Source: Myxococcales bacterium
GTDB lineage: Bacteria > Myxococcota > Myxococcia > Myxococcales > 40CM-4-68-19
DNA length: 59,163 bases
Direction of reading: 5' to 3'
NCBI GenBank assembly: GCA_020201435.1
Contig: JAIVGS010000190.1
Location: forward strand, 1 to 59,163
Shown: positions 9,159-17,452 of the stretch, piece after piece
Numbering within the stretch: the stretch's first letter is position 1
Layout of the letters: every line of letters starts with the position of its first letter
Translations under genes and position numbers: made by a program
Notes under the pieces: model-generated
The model's input: only the letters and a program-made list of their open reading frames with translations
Told to the model about the DNA's origin: nothing
The model's database searches: none

Positions 9159-9877
9159 GGCTGTTCCTCGCCGAGGTAGGCCTCGCGCACCGCGCGACTG
9201 GCGCGGATCGCTTGCGGCGTTCCGCGCTCGAGGACGCGGCCGCCGACCAGCACGGTGACGGTGTCGGCGATCGAGAAGACCGCGTCCATGTCGTGCTCGA
9301 CGAGAATCATCGTGCGATCGCGGGCGACTTCGCGCAGCAGCGCGACGATGCGCTGCGCCTCGTCGTGCCCGAGGCCTGCCAGCGGCTCGTCGAGGAGCAG
9401 GAGCGACGGTTCGGTGGCGAGGACCATCGCGATCTCGAGCTGCCGCTGTTCGCCGTAGCTCAGCTCGCTCGCGCGGATCGCGCGGCGCGACGACAGGCCG
9501 CAAGCGTCGAGCGCGCGCTCGGCGCCGGGAAGCCTTCCCGCCCTGGACAGGAGCCGCATCGGCGCTCGCGATTGCGCGGCGAGCCAGACGCACTCCGCGC
9601 CGGAGAGCTCGGCGAAGACGTTCGCGGTCTGATAGCTGCGGCCGATCCCGAGCCGCGACAGCCGATCGGGCGAGTGATGGGTGACGTCCACGCCGCGCAG
9701 CCGGACCCGGCCGGACGTGGCGCGCAGCTCGCCCGAGAGCAGGGCGAGCAACGTCGACTTGCCGGCGCCGTTCGGACCGATCAGCGCATGGATCTTGCCG
9801 GCTTCGAACGACAGCGAGACGCCGTCGACGGCAGCCAGCGCGCCGAAGCGGCGGCAGAGCGCTTCAGTCTCGAGCAT
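9155..9877 (-). CDS. livG: branched-chain amino acid-type ABC transporter ATP-binding protein (LivG-like)
   Basis: 240 aa. Walker A GPNGAGKST, signature SYGEQRQLEIA, Walker B LLLLDEP. Confidence 0.9.
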   Translation of the reverse strand: MLETEALCRRFGALAAVDGVSLSFEAGKIHALIGPNGAGKSTLLALLSGELRATSGRVRLRGVDVTHHSPDRLSRLGIGRSYQTANVFAELSGAECVWLAAQSRAPMRLLSRAGRLPGAERALDACGLSSRRAIRASELSYGEQRQLEIAMVLATEPSLLLLDEPLAGLGHDEAQRIVALLREVARDRTMILVEHDMDAVFSIADTVTVLVGGRVLERGTPQAIRASRAVREAYLGEEQP

Positions 9878-10760
9878 GAACGAGCCCCGCCAGACCGCGC
9901 GGAAGGAAGAGGACGACGGCGATCACCAGCGCGCCGATCAGCGCGTTCCAGTGCACGGTGAATTGCTCGCCGTAGTGCTCGACGAACGTCAGCAGCAGCG
10001 CCCCGAGGATCGGGCCGTGGAGCGTCCCTTTTCCGCCGAGCAGCACGGTCATCAGCACCAGCCCCGACTGCCGCCAACCGAATTCGGCGGGGTTGACGAA
10101 GCCGTACAGCGCGGCATCGAGATAGCCGGCGAGACCCGCCAGCGTTCCGGCGATGACGAAGGCGACGAGCTTGTAGCGGGGCGTCGGAAAGCCGAGCGAT
10201 CGCATCCGCTGCTCGTTGACCCGGATGCCGACCAGCGCGTGCCCGAATGGCGCGTGCAGCACGCGAAGCAGGACCGCGTAGACGATCACCAGCGCCGACC
10301 AGATCGCGAAATACGCCGTCGTCCGCCCGGAGAACGGACGTTCGTTCACGTAGAGCCCGTCGGAGCCGCCGAGGCCGGGCGCGTCGTTGAACAGGTAGTA
10401 GAGCATCTGCGTGAACGCGAGCGTCACCATGATGAAGTAGACGCCGGTCGCGCGCAGGCTGAGCCAGCCGATCACCACCGCGGCGAAGGCGGCGCCGGCG
10501 AGGCAGATCGGAAGCGTCGCGACCGGGCTGACGAGCCCGTAGTGGTTGCTCAATCCAGCGAGGAGATATGCGGAGATTCCGAAGAACGCCGCGTGCGCGA
10601 GGCTGACCAGGCCGGTGTAGCCGACCAGCAGGTCGAGGCTCATCGCGAAGATGCAGCCGATCATCGCCTTGCCCATGAACTGCAGCCAGAAGCGATCGCC
10701 GGTGAAACCGACGGCGAGCAAAGCGAGGGCGAGCACGACGAGCAGCGCGCGGCGGATCAT
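9864..10760 (-). CDS. livM: ABC transporter permease (LivM-like)
   Basis: Distal 298 aa of ORF 9864..11459, starting MIRRALLVVLALALLAVGF. Multi-pass hydrophobic protein. ATG 10760 overlaps the livH stop as ATGA. Confidence 0.85.
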   Translation of the reverse strand: MIRRALLVVLALALLAVGFTGDRFWLQFMGKAMIGCIFAMSLDLLVGYTGLVSLAHAAFFGISAYLLAGLSNHYGLVSPVATLPICLAGAAFAAVVIGWLSLRATGVYFIMVTLAFTQMLYYLFNDAPGLGGSDGLYVNERPFSGRTTAYFAIWSALVIVYAVLLRVLHAPFGHALVGIRVNEQRMRSLGFPTPRYKLVAFVIAGTLAGLAGYLDAALYGFVNPAEFGWRQSGLVLMTVLLGGKGTLHGPILGALLLTFVEHYGEQFTVHWNALIGALVIAVVLFLPRGLAGLVHARD

Positions 10761-11617
10761 CCGGCCAGCCCGCGAGGACGGACGAGCAGCACCGCCGCCA
10801 TCACCGCGTACACCATCGCGCTGGCGAGCCCGGGCAACAGCACCTTGCCGAACGTGTCGGACAGGCCGACCAGCATCGCGCCGAAAAAAGCGCCCTTGAT
10901 CGAGCCGATGCCGCCGATCACCACCACGACGAACGAGAGCACCAGCACGTTCTCGCCCATCCCCGGATAGACGGTGGTGAGCGGCGCGGCGAGCATTCCG
11001 GCGAGCGCGGCGAGCGCCGTGCCGGCGCTGAACAGCGCGGAGAAGAGCTTTCGCACGTCGATGCCGAGCGCCTCGACCATTTCCGCGTTCGACGCGCCCG
11101 CGCGCACGCGCATTCCGAATCGGGTCTTCAGGATCACCTGCCGCATCAGCGCCGCGACGGCGATGCACGCGGCGGCGGTGAAGACGCGGTACGCGGGCCA
11201 CTCCTGCGCGGAGCCGAGCGGAATGCGAAACGCCAGCAGGCGCGGCGCGTCGACGCCGTGGACGTCGTTGCCGAACAGCGCGCGCTGCAGCTCGTTGAAG
11301 AGCAGCACCAGGCCGTAGGTGAGCAGCACCTGCGAGAGATGATCGCGTTTGTACAGGCGTGCGATGGCGAGGCGCTCGACGAGGAACCCGAGCGACGCCA
11401 TCACCGGAATGCCGATCAGGACCGCGGCGAGCAGGCTGCCGGTGCCCGCGGAGATCCAAAACGCGAGATACGCGCCGAGCATGTAGAACGATCCGTGCGC
11501 GAAGTTCAGCACGCCGAGGACGCCGAACACCAGCGTCAGCCCGCTCGCCACCAGAAACAGCAGCAAGCCCTGCTCGACTCCGTTGAGGACCTGCAGCCCG
11601 AAGAGGGAAAAGCTCAT
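10757..11617 (-). CDS. livH: ABC transporter permease (LivH-like)
   Basis: Distal 286 aa of ORF 10757..12580, starting MSFSLFGLQVLNGVEQGLLLFLVASGLTLVFG, a typical LivH N-terminus. ATG 11617 overlaps the binding-protein stop as ATGA. Confidence 0.85.
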   Translation of the reverse strand: MSFSLFGLQVLNGVEQGLLLFLVASGLTLVFGVLGVLNFAHGSFYMLGAYLAFWISAGTGSLLAAVLIGIPVMASLGFLVERLAIARLYKRDHLSQVLLTYGLVLLFNELQRALFGNDVHGVDAPRLLAFRIPLGSAQEWPAYRVFTAAACIAVAALMRQVILKTRFGMRVRAGASNAEMVEALGIDVRKLFSALFSAGTALAALAGMLAAPLTTVYPGMGENVLVLSFVVVVIGGIGSIKGAFFGAMLVGLSDTFGKVLLPGLASAMVYAVMAAVLLVRPRGLAG

Positions 11618-12789
11618 TTCACCATCGCGCAGCCGAATGCAGGATCTTCCGCATTCTTCAGCGCCACGCCGAGCACCGCTTCCTTGCCGCCCTTCACCTG
11701 GCGCACGTAGACGTTCTGCACCGGGTTGTGCGCCTTGGAAAAACGGAACGGTCCGCGCGGGCTGTCGATGCGGACGCCCTCCAGCGCGGCGATCAGCTCT
11801 TTCTGCGCCGAAGCATCGCCCTGCACTTTCTCCAACGCGGCGGCAAGCGCATGGACGGTGTCGTAGCCGGCGACCGCGTAGACGTCGGCTTCGCGCCCGG
11901 TGGCCGTCTTGAACGCGTCGCGGAACTTCCTGTTCTGCGCATTGTCGAGCGAGTCGGCGTAATGCAGCGTGGTCTTGATCCCTTCGGCGGCGGGACCCTG
12001 CGCGCCGAGCACTCCCTCGGTGAGAAAGCCGCTGCCGTACAGCGGGACCTTGTCGCGCAGGCCGGCGTCGGCGTAATCCCTGACGAACTTGGCCGCGCCC
12101 GCTCCGGCGAAGAAGACGAAGACCGCGTCCGGTTTCAGCGAAGCGATCTCCGACAGATTCGCCTGGAACTCCGTCTGCGGGAACGGCACCGCGATCTCCT
12201 TGATGACCGTTCCGCCGCCCTTGGTGAATCCCTCCTTGAACGCCGCCATCGACTCCTGGCCGAAGCTGTAGTTCCAGAACATCAGCACTACCTTCTTGCG
12301 GCCGTCCTTCAGCATCACGTCGGCGCACGGATACGACGTCTGCCAATTGGAGAACGAGGTGCGGAAGACGTTGGGCGCGCAGAGCTGCCCGGTGACCGCC
12401 TGCGCGCCGGCGTTGGTCACGATGGTGAGCGTCTTTTCCTGACGGACGATCTGCATCATCGCCATCGCCACGCCGGAGTGGACCGGGCCGGTGAGGATGT
12501 CGACCTTCTCGCCGGCGATCAATTTGTTCACGTTCGCCGGCGCCTTCGCCGGATCGGATTCGTCGTCGACCGCGATCCATTCGATCTCGCGGCCGGCCAG
12601 CTTTCCGCCGCGCTCGCCGGCGGCGAGCTTCATCGCGTCGGTGATGTTGTTGCCGAGCGCGGCGTAGGTGCCGGAGTACGGCAAGAGCAGGCCGATGCGA
12701 AGCTTCGCTTTGGTCGCGCCGAAGACGCGCGTGGTGGCGGCGACCGACGCCGCCGTCGCGCCGAGGAACGTGCGCCGGGAAAAGGGCAT
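11614..12789 (-). CDS. periplasmic ligand-binding protein of Liv-type ABC transporter (Tat signal)
   Basis: Distal 391 aa of ORF 11614..13548. MPFSRRTFLGATAASVAA is a twin-arginine signal. LRIGLLLPYSGTYAALG and GYDTVHALAAAL are typical of type-I periplasmic binding proteins. Confidence 0.88.
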   Translation of the reverse strand: MPFSRRTFLGATAASVAATTRVFGATKAKLRIGLLLPYSGTYAALGNNITDAMKLAAGERGGKLAGREIEWIAVDDESDPAKAPANVNKLIAGEKVDILTGPVHSGVAMAMMQIVRQEKTLTIVTNAGAQAVTGQLCAPNVFRTSFSNWQTSYPCADVMLKDGRKKVVLMFWNYSFGQESMAAFKEGFTKGGGTVIKEIAVPFPQTEFQANLSEIASLKPDAVFVFFAGAGAAKFVRDYADAGLRDKVPLYGSGFLTEGVLGAQGPAAEGIKTTLHYADSLDNAQNRKFRDAFKTATGREADVYAVAGYDTVHALAAALEKVQGDASAQKELIAALEGVRIDSPRGPFRFSKAHNPVQNVYVRQVKGGKEAVLGVALKNAEDPAFGCAMVK

Positions 12790-12861
12790 GGCTCGCAAAC
12801 CTCCGACAAATGTCCGTGCCGTTGTAGGCAGAATTCGCAATCTCATGCTAGTGCGGCGCGC

Positions 12862-13320
12862 ATGCGCTACTTCGAGGACTTCTCCGAAGGCCAGACGTTC
12901 GAGCTCGGCGAGCAGCGGATCACCGAGGAGGACATCCTCGAGTTTGCGCGGCGCTTCGATCCGCAGCCGTTCCACGTCGATGCGCAGAAAGCGCGTCACA
13001 GCCTCTACGGCGGCCTGATCGCGAGCGGCTGGCACACCGGATCGATCTACATGAGCCTGCTCGTCCGGGGCCTCTTGCACGACGCCGCGAGCCTCGGGTC
13101 GGCGGGCATCGAAGAGCTCCGCTGGCTCAAGCCGGTGCGGCCCGGGGACGTGCTGCGGGGGCGGCTGACGGTGACGTCGCTCAAGCCGTCGCTGAAGCAT
13201 TCGGATCGCGGAACCGTCTTCAACCTCGGCGAGCTCTTCAACCAGGGCGGGGAGCGGGTGATGTTCGTTCGCTCGTCGGGAATGTTCAAACGAAGGTCTC
13301 CTTCTCCAGCATCGCCGTAG
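12862..13320 (+). CDS. MaoC-like (R)-hydratase / hot-dog fold protein
   Basis: Distal 152 aa of ORF 11728..13320. MRYFEDFSEGQTFELG..ITEEDILEFARRFDPQPFHVD..GGLIASGWHT is the MaoC dehydratase signature. Confidence 0.85.
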   Translation: MRYFEDFSEGQTFELGEQRITEEDILEFARRFDPQPFHVDAQKARHSLYGGLIASGWHTGSIYMSLLVRGLLHDAASLGSAGIEELRWLKPVRPGDVLRGRLTVTSLKPSLKHSDRGTVFNLGELFNQGGERVMFVRSSGMFKRRSPSPASP

Positions 13321-13563
13321 ATCCGTTCCACTCCGCGGGCGGCGGCTCGTCCATGTACTTCGGCATCGCTCGGCGAGCTTCCACGACGCCGCGTCGTGCT
13401 TTCCGAGCGTGTCGAAGACCTCGACGAATCGCGTGCCCGCTTTCCGAAAATTGTGCTCGGCCGCCCTTCCCTTCGTGGTGGCCATCTGCGCGCCCTCCCG
13501 TGTGTGAGAAATGCCACACGTCGTGCGCGGGAACGGGTGAGTGCGCACAACCGTTGCACCGAC

Positions 13564-14714
13564 ATGCGGATCGCATGTGCCATCGCGCTCTGCGGCCTTG
13601 CCTGCGCCAGCCCGGTCGCTGCTCCACCGGCCGAGCGAGCGTCGCCGCCGCCACCGCCCGCCGCGCCGCCGTCCATCGATGGCGGGGTATCGGAGGCTCC
13701 TGCCGACGCCGGAACGGTCGTCCAGCCCGGCTGGCAGGTCATTTCCCGCGAGGACTTCGAGTCGTCGTCCTTGCCGCAGGCCGCGTGGTCGCCAGACCCG
13801 GTTCCGGACGACGGCCCCTTCGCCGACGATGGCGCGTTCTTCAAGGCGCAGGGCGTCGTTCCACCGAAGGCGTATCGGATTTCGGCGCCGGCAGCTGGCT
13901 GACGGCAGAGTCGTACACGCGCAACAGCGCGCGACCTTTTTCCGATCTCCTCTCGATCGTGCCGGACCCTTCCGGCGCGCCGGGTCACGTCCTGAAGCTC
14001 GCCTCGCCCGCGCACACCGACGCGACCGTGATCCGCCCTACCCAGCCGCTGCCGTCGAAGTACCGCATCTCGCTGCGGGTCGGGTTCGCGAGCTTCGGCG
14101 ACGGCAAACCGGGTTTGAACGGTTATGCGACCGGAACCGAGACGGCCGAGCCCTGGCATCCCTCCGATCCCGCCAACGGTCAAAATGGCTTTTACTGGTT
14201 GACGATCCTCGACGCGATGCCGCGGCCGCACAACAACACCTGGATCCATCACCACCGCAAAGTCGTGATCGACTCCGACAACAACGTGCCGCCGTGGATG
14301 GAGATGTGGAACGACTCGTCCTTCTCGCTCAACGGCGAGCAGCCGATCATGATCATCGCGCTCGACGGCACGCAGCCGGTCAGCGATCTCTACGGACCTC
14401 CGTTCCTCTCGTACTCGGCGGGCGCCTGGCAGCCCTCGGGCGACATCCGCGCCGTCGACTCGTACCTGCCCGGCGAGTGGTACACCGCGAGCATCACCCG
14501 CGCCGACGGAAAGTTCACGCTCGAAATATCCGGCCGCTTCAAGTATGGCGGCCTGCGCACGTACAATGCGACCGTCGACATGGCCGCGACCTCCGTCTTC
14601 CATTTCGATCAGGCGCAGTTCCCCGACTGGTTCATGTTCGGCGACCCTCACAACAACTACTACCAGGGCTACGTCTATTACGACGACGTGCGGCTCGAGA
14701 CCTGGAACGACTGA
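13564..14714 (+). pseudogene. secreted lipoprotein split by an apparent frameshift near 13875-13890
   Basis: Frame 1 (ORF 13396..13902) encodes the lipoprotein signal MRIACAIALCGLACAS plus ~100 protein-like residues, and stops at 13902. Frame 3 (ORF 13353..14714) becomes protein-like only from FGAGSWLTAESYTR onward, and its upstream part is Arg-rich nonsense. The C-terminal region ends DDVRLETWND. Confidence 0.6.
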
Positions 14715-16031
14715 CTACTTCTCGCCGGACCCGATCTTCGCCCGCGTCCTGAGCTCGGCGATCGAGCGGCGGATGTCGCCCTTGTCCGACGCCGATGGCG
14801 CGAGCTGCAGGTACCGCTGATACGCCTGCAGCGCCTGGGTGTCGTTGCCTTGCATCGCGTACGCCATCCCCATGCCGCGAAACGCGACCGCGAGCGTCGC
14901 TTCGTTTTCCAGCGCCGCTCGGAAGCTCTCCAGCGCTTCGTCCGCTCGCCCTTTTTCCAGCGCGGACTCGCCGCGTCGAACCTGCGAAATCGCGACGGCG
15001 TGAAGCAGTTGCGCCTGCGAAACCTCAGCCGTCCGTTTCGGCCTGGCGGGCTTTTCCGCAGCGGCGCCCGCATCGGCCGGCCCGGCTTGCGCGACCGGCG
15101 CGTCGGCGGCGCCGGCATCGACGATCGCCACCGAGCCCGCGTCGACTTCGACCGCGGGCGCTTTCTTCTCCTCCACGACCGCCGCCTTTTTCTCCTCCAC
15201 CGGCGGCACCGGCGGTGGCGTGACGGCGGCCGCGGTCGGCGCCTCGCGGCCGTGGCCGGGAACGACGATCATGCCCAGCGCCCATCCCGCGCCGATCACC
15301 GCAGCGGCCGCGATCAGCGCGGCGATCAGCGCCGGCGCGAACCCCGAGGACGGCGCTCGCGCCGAAGGGATCCGCTGCTGCCCGTCGTGGAACCGATCGA
15401 GCTGCTCCGCCGCCTGCCTCTGCACCGCCTCGATCCGGGTCTGCGCCTTGGCCAGGTGCGCGATCTGCGCCTCGAGCGCGCCGACCTTCTCGATCAATCG
15501 CGCGAGCGCCTCTTTCTCCGGCGCGACCCGCGAAAACCTCGTGCGCATCGCGTTGAAGATGTTGCGTTCGCCCTCCGGCGGCGGCCGCGGCTGCACGCCC
15601 TCGACGGCGTCGTAGAGCTGGGTCAGATCGCCGAAGCGCTCGCGCCGATCGGGCGAGAGCGCCATGCGCACGATGTCGCCGAGCGGCCCGCTCAGCTCGG
15701 CCGGGTTGCCCGGAGCGCGATGGCCGGTGAGCAGCTCGAATCCGAGGGCGCCGGCGGCGTACACCTGCACCCGCGGCTCGCTCTTGCGCGGCGCATCGGC
15801 GCCGTGCAATTCCGGCGCGAGATAGCCCGGCTCGGTCTCCGGCGCCTGGTCGTCGAACTGGGCCAGGTGCAGCGCGCCGGAGTCGTCGATGGTCAACAGC
15901 CGCGAACGGATCGTCGCGCCCTGCGCCGCCGCCGTCCGCACCGCCGCGGCGAAGAGGACCGCGGCGTCGCTCGGTGGAAGCCGCTGCTGCGCCGCGCGGC
16001 ATTTCTCGATGATGTCGTGGAGGTTGGTCAT
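14715..16031 (-). CDS. membrane-anchored protein: degenerate kinase-like N-domain, coiled coil, TM helix, TPR domain
   Basis: 438 aa. The N-terminal ~130 aa keep kinase C-lobe-like strings ([27 protein letters not shown]). There is no Gly-loop, VAIK Lys or HRD. Then come a coiled coil ([22 protein letters not shown]), a TM helix ([27 protein letters not shown]), a VEEKKA duplication, and C-terminal TPR ([28 protein letters not shown]). Confidence 0.75.
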   Translation of the reverse strand: MTNLHDIIEKCRAAQQRLPPSDAAVLFAAAVRTAAAQGATIRSRLLTIDDSGALHLAQFDDQAPETEPGYLAPELHGADAPRKSEPRVQVYAAGALGFELLTGHRAPGNPAELSGPLGDIVRMALSPDRRERFGDLTQLYDAVEGVQPRPPPEGERNIFNAMRTRFSRVAPEKEALARLIEKVGALEAQIAHLAKAQTRIEAVQRQAAEQLDRFHDGQQRIPSARAPSSGFAPALIAALIAAAAVIGAGWALGMIVVPGHGREAPTAAAVTPPPVPPVEEKKAAVVEEKKAPAVEVDAGSVAIVDAGAADAPVAQAGPADAGAAAEKPARPKRTAEVSQAQLLHAVAISQVRRGESALEKGRADEALESFRAALENEATLAVAFRGMGMAYAMQGNDTQALQAYQRYLQLAPSASDKGDIRRSIAELRTRAKIGSGEK

Positions 16032-16072
16032 GGCCGCCGCATCTACTGTATCTTCATTTTCGCAAACCAGCC

Positions 16073-17257
16073 GTGGGAGCGCCCATGCCGATGTCGTTGC
16101 TCGAGCAGCTCAAGGCGGTCACCGTGGTCGTCGCCGACACCGGCGACATCCATTCGATCCGCAAGTTCACTCCCCGCGACGCGACGACCAACCCGTCGCT
16201 GATCACCGCCGCGGCGCAGATGCCCGAGTACCAGGACGTGGTCCGCGCGGCGCTCGACTGGGCGCGGCGCGAGGTGCCCAAAGGTGCGTCTCGCGAGGAC
16301 ATCTGCCGCCTCGCGGTCGATCGGCTGGCGGTCGAGTTCGGCTTGCGCATTCTGCAGATCGTTCCCGGGCGCGTGTCGACCGAGGTGGACGCGCGCCTTT
16401 CGCACGATACCCAGAAGATGATCGAGAAGGCGCGTTTTTTGATCAAGCTCTACGAAGCGGCGGGCGCGAAGCGGGAGCGGATCCTGATCAAGATCGCCTC
16501 GACCTGGGAAGGAATCCGCGCCGCCGGGCAGCTCGAGAAGGAAGGGATTCACTGCAACTTGACGCTGCTCTTCGGCATGCACCAGGCGGTGGCCTGCGCG
16601 GAGGCGGGGGTCACCCTCATTTCGCCTTTCGTCGGTCGCATCCTCGACTGGTACCTGAAAGACACCGGGCGCACCGAGTACGACCCGGAAGAGGATCCGG
16701 GCGTGGTTTCGGTAACCAAAATTTACAACTATTACAAAAAGCATGGTTATCGAACCGAGGTGATGGGCGCCTCGTTCCGCAACGTGGGCGAGATCCTCGA
16801 ACTGGCGGGATGCGATCTGCTGACGATCGCGCCGAAGCTGCTGTCCGAGCTGGCGAGCTACGGCGGCGAGCTCGAGCGCAAGCTCGATCCCCGCACCGCC
16901 GAGACGCTGCCGATCGAGAAGATCCACGTCGACGAAAAGACGTTCGGCGAGATGCACGAGAAGGACCGGATGGCGCGCGAGAAGCTCGCGGAAGGAATCG
17001 ACGGCTTCACCAAGGCGCAGGTTTCGCTCGAAGCGATGCTCCTCGAAAAGTTCATGGGCGACACCTCGAACGCGGCGCGCGATCTGTTCCGCGTCTTCGA
17101 CCTCGACGGCGACGGTTTCATCACCCGCGAGGAGTGGGCCGGAACCGACGCGGTCTTCGACGCCCTCGACGTCAACGGCGACGGCCGCATCACCCCGGAA
17201 GAAATGGGTGCCGGCCTCGGCGCCGCCTTCCGCCTCCCGGAAGCATCGCACAGCTAA
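16073..17257 (+). CDS. tal: transaldolase fused to a C-terminal EF-hand pair
   Basis: TalB-like body: [63 protein letters not shown]. It is followed by a 67-aa tail with two canonical 12-residue EF loops, [12 protein letters not shown] and [12 protein letters not shown]. The start could be the ATG at 16073, 16085 or 16091. Confidence 0.9.
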   Translation: MGAPMPMSLLEQLKAVTVVVADTGDIHSIRKFTPRDATTNPSLITAAAQMPEYQDVVRAALDWARREVPKGASREDICRLAVDRLAVEFGLRILQIVPGRVSTEVDARLSHDTQKMIEKARFLIKLYEAAGAKRERILIKIASTWEGIRAAGQLEKEGIHCNLTLLFGMHQAVACAEAGVTLISPFVGRILDWYLKDTGRTEYDPEEDPGVVSVTKIYNYYKKHGYRTEVMGASFRNVGEILELAGCDLLTIAPKLLSELASYGGELERKLDPRTAETLPIEKIHVDEKTFGEMHEKDRMAREKLAEGIDGFTKAQVSLEAMLLEKFMGDTSNAARDLFRVFDLDGDGFITREEWAGTDAVFDALDVNGDGRITPEEMGAGLGAAFRLPEASHS

Positions 17258-17357
17258 CTGCAACAGCGCACCGCGAAGGCGCGAAGGTTTCGGATTCGTT
17301 GCGCGGCGGCGACGATTGCAAGGCCCGACCCCTTCGCGTCTTCGCGCCTTCGCGGTG
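17256..17357. repeat. palindromic GCGAAGG-unit repeat element, copy 1 (intergenic)
   Basis: AACTGCAACAGCGCACCGCGAAGGCGCGAAGG ... CCTTCGCGTCTTCGCGCCTTCGCGGTG. The arms at 17269..17287 and 17331..17357 are inverted complements. The element is near-identical in its ends to copy 2 at 44162..44273 and starts inside the tal TAA stop. Confidence 0.8.
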
Positions 17358-17452
17358 AGATTTGCTTCTGGCAGTCGCCCCCAGATGACGGATGGCGGCC
17401 TGCGACGAGGGTCTGCTACATCGCTCGCGCCTTCCTCCCCCCGGAGCGTGTC

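Noticed and set aside
13870-13895. Programmed -1 ribosomal frameshift joining the two halves of the lipoprotein gene
   Set aside because: There is no X XXY YYZ slippery heptamer at the junction (the sequence is TATCGGATTTCGGCG) and no obvious downstream pseudoknot. An indel or pseudogene is more parsimonious.
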